Shown: positions 53,693 through 64,000 of the stretch, in pieces
How positions within the stretch are numbered: position 1 is the stretch's first letter
Layout: the number at the start of each line of letters is the position of its first letter
Source of the DNA: Nymphaea colorata
Lineage: Eukaryota
Direction: 5' to 3'
NCBI RefSeq assembly: GCF_008831285.2
Contig: NC_045138.2
Coordinates: 3,782,001 to 3,846,000, forward strand
Length of the DNA: 64,000 bases
Position numbers and translations under genes: made by a program
The notes under the pieces: model-generated
Database searches by the model: none
Seen by the model: only the letters and a program-made list of their open reading frames with translations
Told to the model about the DNA's origin: nothing

Positions 53693-54056
53693 AAAAAAAA
53701 CGCGTTTTATCTTTCATTTTTGCCGTTTCTTTAAAAATGCGTCTGTTTCCCTTTTTTGCGGCCTTTCATTTTCGCGCGTTTTTTAGCCTTTTTTTTCGAA
53801 AATAACGTTTTTTTTTACACTGAGGCAAGACGTCGAGGTCAAGTGTATTCTTGGTTGCAAAAGCAGAAATTGATGTAAAAAAACGCATTTTAACTTTCAT
53901 TGCTGCCGTTTCTTTAAAAATGCGTCTTTTCCCTTTTTTGCGGCCTTTCATTTTCGCGCTTTTTTCTACCGTTTTTTTCCAAAATAGGGGTTTGTTTTTC
54001 ACACTGAGGCAAACCGTCGAGGTCAAGTGTTTGCTTGGTTGCAAATGCAGAAATTG
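53693..54056. repeat. ~185-bp diverged direct duplication that includes a hAT-like terminus
   Basis: AAAAACGC.TTTTA.CTTTCATT..TGCCGTTTCTTTAAAAATGCGTC...ACACTGAGGCAA..GTCGAGGTCAAGTGT..GCAGAAATTG at about 53693 and 53877. Confidence 0.8.
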
Positions 54057-54722
54057 GCGTAGCTTGGCTTATAGTATTGGATATTTCCGAAGATCAAGTT
54101 TCCTCCATATGGCATGATCTTTCTATGCTGCATCTAAACGGGCACAAAACTCATGTTAAAGCTGGAATTGGGTTTGACCATAACATGCAAATCAAGAATC
54201 ATCAAACCAAGACATTAGTAGCAACAGACTGTAGATTCTACTGGTCAGAAAATTATAGGTCTTGATCTCCTTTTTTTTTTTTTCACTCTTGGTCGAGTTT
54301 CTCATTGTTTTCAATTTTCCTCGCTCATCATGTTTCGCTCATTATGCAACTTCAAACTCTTTACAGTTTACTCGCTGCAGGAAGAATGCAAACCAGAGAC
54401 CCTCTGTTTTACACCAGCTCTAGACAGGGCAGGAAACCCCGAAGTCATTACAAACTGAAACGGAACACAGATAACCCAAAAAAACAAAAGATTAACAAAG
54501 AGAAAGAAGAAGACAAGAGATAAGTTGGTGGAGACGGTTCACATGTTTAGGGAAAGTATGGCAGCAAAATGCCGCTGCCCAATAACTACGTTCTTTGTTT
54601 TCTTTTTTAATTAGGTCCCTTCGGTTTGGGACCGTGCTCAATTAGGGAAAAAAATATAGGGATTGAATGAGGGTTCAAAAGATGGCGATGAGGATGGATC
54701 GAATAAAGGGTTTAGAAGGAGA

Positions 54723-57700
54723 CTAAAAAGGGCCACTCCTTTGCAACAAGCCTTCGGGCCGTTGATGCTCTGCTTTGACTCGCTGGCAAACTAAACACTT
54801 TGCTACATATTCTGCAATTTCACGCTTCATTCCAGGCCACCAAAAATTTCTGTTCATATCCTGAAACATCTTGGTACTGCCAGGGTGTATAGAAAACTTA
54901 GATTTGTCAGCTTCATCAAGCAACCGTCGCTTCACCCCATCATCTCTAGGAACCCACAATCTTTGTCGAAACCGCAACGAACCATCTTTATCTTGATGCC
55001 AAAAAGAATCTGTTTTCTTACTTTCTTCCATGTTCTTAGCAAACTCTAGATCTTCCTTTTGCTTCATTACAAGTTCTTCCATCAAAGGATGTCGTATCAA
55101 GGCCGTCATCGTTGCCTTGTTCTCATGGCAGAGGTAAGACTGCCAAGCTATCACATCTTGCAATAATGTCCAAGAACTAGTCAACATACTGCATATTGTT
55201 GCCTTAGTCTGTCTGCTCAAAGCATCAGCCACCACATTCGCCTTGCCTGGATGATATGATATGGTGAAATCATAATCCTTCAAGTACTCAATCCATCTTC
55301 TTTGCCTCAAGTTTAGATTCTTTTGAGAGAATATATACTTCAAGGACTTATGATCTGTAAACACCTCGAATGTTGCACCATAGAGATAGTGTCTTCACAT
55401 CTTCAATGCGAACACAATTGCTTCCAATTCCAAATCATGAGTGGGATAGTGTTGCTCATGAGCCTTCAACTGCCTTGATGCATGAGCCACTACACGACTA
55501 TGCTGCATCCTCACATGCCCATATCCGATCCCCGAAGCATCTGTGTACACCAAAAAACAGGAATGACCTGATGGAAGCGTCAGAATAGGGGCAATAGTAA
55601 GCTTGTCCTTTACAGTTTGAAAGCTATTCTCACACTCTTCATTCCAAACAAACTTCACTTCTTTTCTCAATAGCTTCGTCATTGGTGTAGCTATCTTCGA
55701 AAAGTCTTGTATGAATCTGCGACAATATCCTGCCAATTTCAAAAAGCTTCTGACTTCAGTTACATTGCATGGCGTCTTCCATTCCTGTACAGCTGACACC
55801 TTAGCCGGATCGATGGATACTCCATTCTTCGAGATCACATGACCCAGAAAGTTTACATTCTCTAGCCAAAATTCACATTTTGAATATTTGGCATAAAGCT
55901 TATGCTTGCGCAAAAGACCCAACACTCTTCTCAAGAGGTCTCTATGCTCTGCCTCACTTTCTGAGTACACCAAGATATCATCAACAAAAACAATAACAAA
56001 TTGATCCAAGAACTATTGGAAAGCCCGATTCATGAGGTCCATGAATGCTGCGGGAGCATTGGTCAACCCAAAAGGCATGACCCTGAATTCATAATGGCCA
56101 TATCTAGTTCGAAAAGCAGTCTTAGAAACATCTTCCCTCCGTATCAAGAGTTGATGGTACCCTGTCCTCAGATCGATCTTGGAGAAAACCTTTGCATTCT
56201 TAAGCTGATCAAACAAGTCTTCGATTCTTGGAAGTGGATACTTATTCTTGATGGTGACTTGATTCAACATGCGATAATCTATACACAACCGCATTGTCCC
56301 ATCTTTCTTTTTAACAAACAACACTGGTACTCCCCACGGTGACACACTAGGTCGGATGAAGCCCTTGTCTAAGAGTTCCTGCAGTTGCTTCTTCAACTCT
56401 TCTAACTCTACTGGTGCCATACGGTAGGGTGCCTTAGAAATTAGAGCTGTCCCAGACAACAACTCTATCTTGAACTCCACGTCTCGAGTTGGGGGCAAAC
56501 TTGACAGTTCCTCAGGAAACACATCGGGATACTTACTCACAACGGCAACCTCCTGCAACCTCACCGGTTCAGCCTCATGGGTTAACACGTTGACCAGGAA
56601 AGCAACACTTCATTTTTTTATCAAACGTTTAGCCTTCACTGCAGAGACCATTATCTTATCAGTTCGACTGGCCTTACGAGCATGAAACTCCACAGGTTGC
56701 ATCTCGTTAGTCAACATCTGTATCTGCTTCTTCCTGCAATCTATATTGGCATAGTGCGCATATAACCAATCCATACCCAAAATCACATCAAACTCACTGA
56801 GACCTATGATCACCAACTGTGCACGTAAGTGATGTTGATGGATCTCCACGTCCACATCAGGTAGATACTCACGACACAACTCTTGAGCATGCATAGGACT
56901 AACAACTTTTAAAACATATGACATCTTTCTAGCCGACACTTCTAGAGAAGTAGCAAATCGACTAGAAATAAACGAATGAGTCGCCCCTGCATCAAATAAT
57001 ACTCTAGCAATATGAGAACCAACAAGTAAAGTACCTTCGACGAGGTCGTGTGCCTGAAGCTCCTCCACGGTAGTAGCATAGACACGTCCAGTTGTCTGTC
57101 GCGTGCTAGAAGAACCGGCCTCATGCTTCTTCAATTCTCTTTCTTTCTTCAACGGGCAATCCTTGATGAAATGTCCCATTCCCCCACAGTGTAAACAAGC
57201 CCCGGTCACTCGATAACACGGCTTCCCAGGGTGTACACGAGAACAAGTGAGGCACTTTGGTGAGGTCGGAGAGGCCACTGACCCCTGAGTGGTCTCACTA
57301 CGGCTTGGCCTGTTTCGCCAGAATGTTCTGTCATCACGCCTTTCATAAGGCCTTACCCTGCCTGCGGCATGTTGGTGCTTGACTGGCATACGCCCACCCT
57401 GAGTGTGCTGAGTAGTTTTCTTCTGATGGTCCCTCTGAGTCCTAGCCCAATCTTCTTCTATGCATCTAGCCATGGTGTCCGCCTCGCCTAAGTCATGAGG
57501 TCTACTTGTCAAAATTTTGCTTCGCAGTCCGTCCCGCAGCCCGCGCACGAACTTGCCTGCTCTGGCCTCATCTGTAGTGTAGAGGTGCGGGCAATACACC
57601 TCCAAGTGCCGATATCTCGCAATATATTCCTCCAGGTTCATTTGATTCTGCTGCAAATCGAGAAACTCTTGCATTTTCTTGTCCCTGGCATGCATTGGGA

Positions 57701-58256
57701 AGTAAGTGTTGAAGAATGAATCTCTAAAATGCTTTCAAGAGATTGATAGTTGGCCCGCAAACCGGATCTCACTAGTTGATTGCCACCAATTCTTGGCATC
57801 ACCATTCAACAGATATGAGCCATAATTCACTTTATTTTCTTTTGGCACCTTCAGAAGCCCAAAAATGCGTTCCACTTCCTCAATCCATTCTTTTGCCTTG
57901 TCGTGACTACCCCCTCCTGAAAAGATAGGCGGCTGCATCGCCATAAACTGTTGGTACGACACCGCCGTTGCCTTCTCCCGAAGTGGGGCACTGGTGTTTC
58001 CTGAAGGAGATGCATTACTCCTCTGATTACTGACCATCGACTGTACTAGCGAGGTCAGCGTCTGCAACGTCGTCAGCAGTATAGCCTGCTGATCCACAGG
58101 TGGAGTCTGCCTCGGTGGGGTTTGGGCACCCACACTCGCCTGGGCATTCTGTTGCCCTGAAGTACTGTCATCATGTGGGGTATGCACGTCAGAATGAGCC
58201 AGTTGTGCCTCTGCAGACGGTTCAACACGCTTCTTACCCCTACGTTGATATTCCAT
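54723..58256 (-). pseudogene. Gypsy gag-pol, single frame with four internal stops, truncated in integrase
   Basis: [80 protein letters not shown]. The five ORF pieces are separated by gaps that are multiples of 3. Confidence 0.92.
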
Positions 58257-61200
58257 CTGTACAAACAAGAACCTTATTCTCAAATCACGTTTAAGACCAA
58301 ACTCATAAATTAATTCACAACGTGCCTTAGCACAAAGTTCAAAACATCGATTACATTAGGTACTCATTCTTAAAAATCAAAACTACAATAACAAACAATG
58401 CGTACCTAGGCAACACGGTTTCACAGATAGGCTTTAACTCACATCCCTATTAGGGTTTGCCATGACTCTGATACCAAAACTGTCAAATCCTGACCTTTTG
58501 ACACTCAAACATTTTTTTTTCTAAACATAAAGCATCGAGGTGCGACTACTCTACAATTCAAATGTGAATGAGCCATGTCATTCAAAACAATGGGGCGAAC
58601 TTTCATTTATATAATCATTTCAATTCATACAAAATCACATTGATGTATAATAAAAATGCCCCAAACTATATAATTGATGTCTAACAAAAACAAGACATCA
58701 ATAAAACCAAAATAAGACGCGCCGGCACTACAAAAGACACATCCCAAAACCTCCCCAGTAGGACGTGAGTGAAGCCATCTGCTCAACCTGCTGCCACGAA
58801 TCTGCCAAAACCTGAAAAAGAAACAACTGAAAGCTTAGCCTTCGCAGTATGGCAACAAGCCAGGAAAATACCAAACCCTCTCAGTTAGGGCTCAAATTAG
58901 AAAACAATTCTCAAAATCATTCATCATCATGTTGTGTTAGAGCACGACATGTACAAGCCACTCAAAGACCACAATACACAATTCAATCACATGCTTTCAT
59001 ATCCATCACATGCACAACAGTCACATATACAATCATCTACATTACATTTTAATTAACTTTAGTGAATTAACAGTTCCTGTGGGTGCAACACAAACACGTG
59101 CACACCATGGGCAGCTACAGCCGAGAGACAACCCCTGTGGTGGCCCATAACAGTATGGATCCATTTCATCCGCTGCAGCGGTAAAGCACTCATCCATGGA
59201 TGTGTGAAGTCCAAGGAGAGATACTCAGCCTTCCCTAGGACACCCAGGTTGGGAAGGCGGGAGCCCACGCTCCAAGCACAACACACAACAGTACCCTGGG
59301 GCCTTGCACCGCCTGCGCTCCGAACAGGCGAGACCAGTGGTAAACAAAGGGGACGTCTCCCACACACATAGCCACATCCCACTGGCCTCTCATCTCTTAG
59401 TTATTCATTCTTATCATTATAGTTACACATTCACAAGACGACTGGCTAGTACATGAGGTTAGTACACTTCACGAGTGCACCCACACCTCCGATTACCTCC
59501 ACTTGAGGTCTATACATACAGTAACAGTCATTGTTAGCCGTCATACCATACGAGTACAACTACCATCCAAATCATTCATTTGCATCATTGCCCATGGCAA
59601 TGGATATGCAACAACATACACATTCATAACAATAATTTCATCAATCACATCTTTTGAAAAACTTAGCCAAACCACAGAGAGTAGTCTCGATCTGCGGTTG
59701 GCTCGTAGCTGTCCTATGCAGTTATCATTCTATGATGCTTTCTAATACACAATTGGGGTCGAGGAGACACTCGACTCGATACCCACCTCATCTGTCCTAA
59801 ACAGTTATCAATTCTAGCATGTACATGCAATTACGTAACCTTTTCAAAACAAGCGACTAATAATCTTTCTAACTCATTCATATCATATAAGCAACATACG
59901 TATACTCATTCACAAGGAAGTCAATCAATTAACATCACAATCTTAGGATCCCCTGATCCTAGGAACACACAATCACACACTTGCCCAGGCATGGATTTGC
60001 CTGGAATGTCGCCATACCTGTGGCGCGCTCACCAAATTCTTCAAAACTCCTCGAGCTTCGAACTCAAGGTCGACGGAACGTGCCCGAAGCACCTGCAGAC
60101 ATAAACAAAAGGTAAGACTCCTACTAGATACCTTAACAATTCAAACAAATACCAAACAAAATCATTGAAGCATGTGTCATCGCCTCAAGAGGGTGTCGAC
60201 GGGTAGTGTCGACCTACACGCCCTCTAATAGGCCACTACGTAACTTCTTGCCGTTTCCACCCAACGTCAAAACCCCAATGTTTCGATCAAACCATCCTTA
60301 ATGCATTTCTCATAAACTTTCCGTTAGATGAGGTGTCTTCCCAACATGCGCACCCTCTTCCTACTACACATACCACCCACGACATCAAGGGTGTTCCAAG
60401 CATTCCCCAAAGGCGGTCTTACGCTTCTCCATAACGTCTCTAACTCTACCATGCTTCCCTATAGCATCGAAAACAACCTATTATGCATAAAAGATCATAA
60501 CAAACACGAATCATCTCTTCTCTCCCATCATCCTACACTTTTCCCAAAAAGCAAGGTCGCTTGCATGCGTCCCTAACTATCAATTCTACCTTCTAGCATG
60601 CTCAAACAGTAATTATACATGCTCTAATCGATAATATTCAATAATTTGGGCTTGATTAGATCTTGCTCACCCCAAAACAAGAGTCCGAACTGTTATAACG
60701 TCTCCGACAGCCACCCCAAGCGCTCAATCGATCCCCAAATGGCAAAAATCGTGCCAAGACTCCACCACCTAGTCGCTGTTATGAGGGGAAGAATACGTTC
60801 CCCTAGCTGCAAATCGACCAAACCCACCATATAATCAAAATAAGCGAGAAGGGGCCTCAAGGGAGGGGTCTGCCATAAAAAAAAAACCTATGGTAGATGT
60901 TAGGTAGGCTGAAAACGAGAGGGAGAAAGGGTTCAGTCAAAAGGGGAAAAGAAGGTAGTGAGGTGAGAGCACGTGAGAGAAGGGAGAGATGGCGCTGACA
61001 AAGAAAAAAAACGGGCAGAGGGAGTAAGAGAGACCGTAGAGGGAGGTGCAAGCGAGGAGCACGAGAGAAAAGAGGGAGACGGTCAGAGAGGCCATGTGGT
61101 TGAGAGGGGAGAGGGCAGAGACAGTGAGAGAGGGAGGAGGAGAAGAAGGAAGAGTTAGGGAGAGGTTGAGGGCTTACCCAAATGCCGACGCCGCCGTTCC

Positions 61201-61400
61201 TTCCTCCGCCGGCCCAAGCGTCGCCACTGCTCCTTCGTCCTCCTCCTAGTCTCACACGGGCGAAACAGAAGAAAGAAGGCGATGAGGAAGAAGAGGGAGA
61301 CGCGAGGGAGAAGGGCCCTCGCGTCGGGCTCCTCACGCGCTTGGGTTCGGGTCCGGATCTGGACCCGACCCGTTTCGTCTGCAAGACATCGAGCGTTACA
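54735..61400 (-). mobile_element. 3'-truncated Ty3/gypsy LTR retrotransposon (Tekay/Del-like)
   Basis: Single LTR 61400-58481 (TGTAACG..GGATTTGACA, 2920 bp), PBS TGGTATCAGAGTC 58476-58464, then gag-PR-RT-RH and the integrase zinc finger. Integrase core, PPT and 3' LTR are absent. Lineage inferred from the long LTR, Met PBS and RT motifs. Confidence 0.92.
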
Positions 61401-62219
61401 CTAGATGATTTCTTGTTTTAAATGTTTTCCTCCCTGTAAAGGGCCCTCATCTCGAATGCGTGAGGACACTCCCCTGTCCATGTAACCGGATGAAAAGAAG
61501 CCAACCTTCTCTGAACCATCAGTTACCATCGCTTCTCTTTATAAGGCTGATCTTTCTAACTAGGAATACCCAAAGTCTCCATATCAGCATCTCCAAAGCG
61601 GTTCGTGCACTTGAAAATCTTTGTTGAGATTGATATAGCTATTTATTGAACGACATTCCCGAGCAACACAGATTCGTTTCAAACTGATCCAAACATATCC
61701 ATCAATCCTTGCGTCACACCAACCGTACCCATAATCACATTCACATTCTCGCTGCCAACGGTTTCACATTGGTCATTGCTCATTGAGCTGGCTCGTGCAA
61801 CATCAGGTGGCAGCTCTAAATCTCCCTTCCTTCTTTTGCAGTCAACATTTTCTAGCTGCACAGCTGATAATGAATTTCTAGAGATCACATCTCCTCGTGA
61901 ATTTTCTGCCATAAAGAGGTCAGTATCTATTGGTGACACTTTCATCGCCTTTGCTTCTGTTTCGCTGCTGTTTGTACTCAGCGAAGCCACTTGGAAAGAA
62001 CCTGTCTGAGTAACCAGCACCCGTCTGGCACGACCAAGACTAGTAGTTGACATAGCTGAGAAACCAACTGAAGCCACTTATATTTGAATCCATTTTTAAA
62101 ATTATTCACGAATCGCAATTGAACCCGATCTGAAAACCATTTTTAAATTAACAACCAAACCTACTTAAAATAATGATATGTCAAGGGTGGTTACATGGAT
62201 GTTTTTTTAATGTACTTAA

Positions 62220-63613
62220 GGGGCCGTTTGATGGCCTGGAAATCAGAAATTGGAAATATATTTATGAAAATATATTTTCTGGAAAAATGGAATGGGAAAA
62301 ATCTTTTCGATTTTCATTTTGATGTGTGTACGATGATTGAGAAATATATTTTCAAAAATATATTTTTGTGTTTGATGATAAAGGATCTTCTCAAAAACGT
62401 TCAAGCTAAGGCGCAGAAGGCTTCCCAAGCCCCACGACTAAATCAACAAGATGAAAAACAAAAGCGCTAGAGTATTGATCTTACGCACCGGAGCAGGCGA
62501 GTGTGAGGGAGACGACGAGGACGAATGTGAGCGAGCAACGGCTGCGGCTGGAACTCGCAGCAGGAAGGAAGGGGCAGAACGTGAGCGAGCAGCGGCTGCA
62601 GCTGGGTGAGGAACTTGCGGTAGGAAGGAAGAGGCAGAACACGAGTGAGCGGCTGGGTGAGGAACTCGCAGCAGGAAGGAAGAGGCAGAACATGAGCGAG
62701 CGGCTGGGTGAGGAACTCGCGGCAGGAAGAAAGGGGCAGAACGTGAGCGAGCAGCGGCTGCAGTTGGGTGAGGAACTCGCGGCAGGAAGGAAGAGGCAGA
62801 ACGCGAGCGAGCGGCTGGGTGAGGAACTCGCGGCAGGAAGAAAGGGGCAAAACGTGAGCGAGCAGCGGCTGCAGCTGGGTGAGGAACTCGCGGCAGGAAG
62901 AAAGGGGCAGAACGTGAGCGAGTAGCGGCTGCAGCTGGGTGAGGAACTCGCGGCAGGAAGGAAGAGGTAGAACGCGAGCGAGCGGCTGGGTGAGGAACTC
63001 GCGGCAGGAAGAAAGAGGCAGAACGTGAGCGAGTAGCGGCTGCAGCTGGGTGAGGAACTCACGGCAGGAAGGAAGAGGCAGAACACGAGCGAGCGGCTGG
63101 GTGAGGAACTCGCGGCAGGAAGAAAGGGGCAGAACGTGAGCGAGCAGCGGCTGCAGTTGGATGAGGAACTCGCGGCAGGAAGGAAGAGGCAGAATGCGAG
63201 CGAGAACTCGCGAACAGGAAGAAAGGGGCAGAACGTGAGCGAGCAGCGGCTGCAGCTGGGTAAGGAACTCGCGACAGGAAGGAAGAGGCAGAACGTGAGC
63301 GAGCGGCTGAGTGAGGAACTCCCGGCAGGGAAGAAGAGGCAGAACGCGAGCGAGCAGTGGCTGTGGTTGGGTGAGGAACTCGCGGCAGGAAGGAAAAGGC
63401 AGAACGCGAGCGAGCGAGCCCTAACGGGCCAAAAGAAAATTCCGGAAATATGTTTCCACCCCTCCCGGTAGAAACATATTTCCAGAAATATGTTTCCGGA
63501 ATCGACCTAAACGGTCGAAAAAATATTTCTGCGTTTGTTACGCTGGAAATATTTTAAAAATAAAAAAAATGTTTCTGGTTCCACAAGGAAATTTCCACCC
63601 ATCAAACGCCCCC
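62220..63613. mobile_element. Non-autonomous PIF/Harbinger element (1394 bp)
   Basis: TAA TSD at 62217-62219 and 63614-63616. TIRs GGGGCCGTTTGATGG / CCATCAAACGCCCCC (1 mismatch in 15). Subterminal GGAAATAT motifs. Confidence 0.9.
62520..63418. repeat. GC-rich minisatellite, about 16 units, mostly 60 and 51 bp
   Basis: Unit GCAGAACGTGAGCGAG(CAG)CGGCTG(CAGCTG)GGTGAGGAACTCGCGGCAGGAAGGAAGAG starts at 62574, 62634, 62685, 62736, 62796, 62847, 62907, 62967, 63018, 63078, 63129, 63189, 63228, 63288, 63339 and 63399. Confidence 0.95.
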
Positions 63614-64000
63614 TAAGAGAAATCGCCTTTGGCATGAGGTCATATATTTATGCCTCCAAGGTTCTATCTTGCTTTTAAGTTCGAGTTGCCACACAGTATA
63701 CCTTTCAATTTAAATGTTGAAGTATTTACCATCATTTGCAATTTAAAAGAATAACACACCAGAATAAGACAGTAGCTACATATTTGAACCTCTAACCTCT
63801 TGAATGTTACCCGTGAGGCAAGTGATATGAATATTAAATATAAGAAATTTTGTCTGGCATTCAATCATATAATTTTTTAAAACTCCAGTCGAATATCATT
63901 TTTTAAAATTGAATCAAACCCATATTTTGACAAGTGATGCTCTTCTTTTGGGGTCTTATAAGTCTATCCGCAATTGACATGCATTCTAATGAACATCGAT

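Noticed and set aside
54723..58283. Programmed stop read-through in the gypsy polyprotein
   Set aside because: Two stops replace expected Trp codons (TGG to TGA) and stops fall inside RT and RNaseH. Ordinary mutational decay explains them.
60857..61421. GC-rich ORFs of 60-175 aa
   Set aside because: They lie inside the gypsy LTR and reflect purine/pyrimidine low-complexity sequence.
62520..63418. CRISPR-like array
   Set aside because: Units are contiguous with no unique spacers, there are no cas genes, and the DNA is plant nuclear.
62467..63471. Long repetitive ORFs on both strands as real genes
   Set aside because: They follow from triplet-multiple repeat units inside a TIR/TSD-bounded transposon. 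There is no gene context.

Overview
Flowering-plant nuclear DNA that is AT-rich, intron-rich and TE-dense. It holds three minus-strand spliced genes. Two are tandem paralogues encoding a coiled-coil plus WD40 protein: copy B (15247-31631) is complete at about 541 aa, and copy A (<1907-8809) runs toward the left edge with five exons visible. The third is a TRF-like telomere Myb gene (37560-52242, about 511 aa). Its ~10 kb third intron contains a complete TSD-flanked Ty1/copia element inserted into a TRIM-like element, a perfect 159-bp inverted repeat and a hAT fragment that is inverted relative to a full hAT element in intron 2. Also present: an orphan, degenerate exon of RNA polymerase I subunit 2, a 3'-truncated Ty3/gypsy element with a 2.9-kb LTR, a PIF/Harbinger element carrying a 60/51-bp minisatellite, several MITEs and decayed LINE/LTR remnants. 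I found no convincing wholly new multi-gene system. The most unusual items are the intronic double-stranded-RNA architecture in the TRF-like gene, the apparent splice-site rescue in WD40 copy A, the Pol I exon and the minisatellite-loaded Harbinger element. All gene models and family assignments were made by eye and need RNA-seq or database confirmation.
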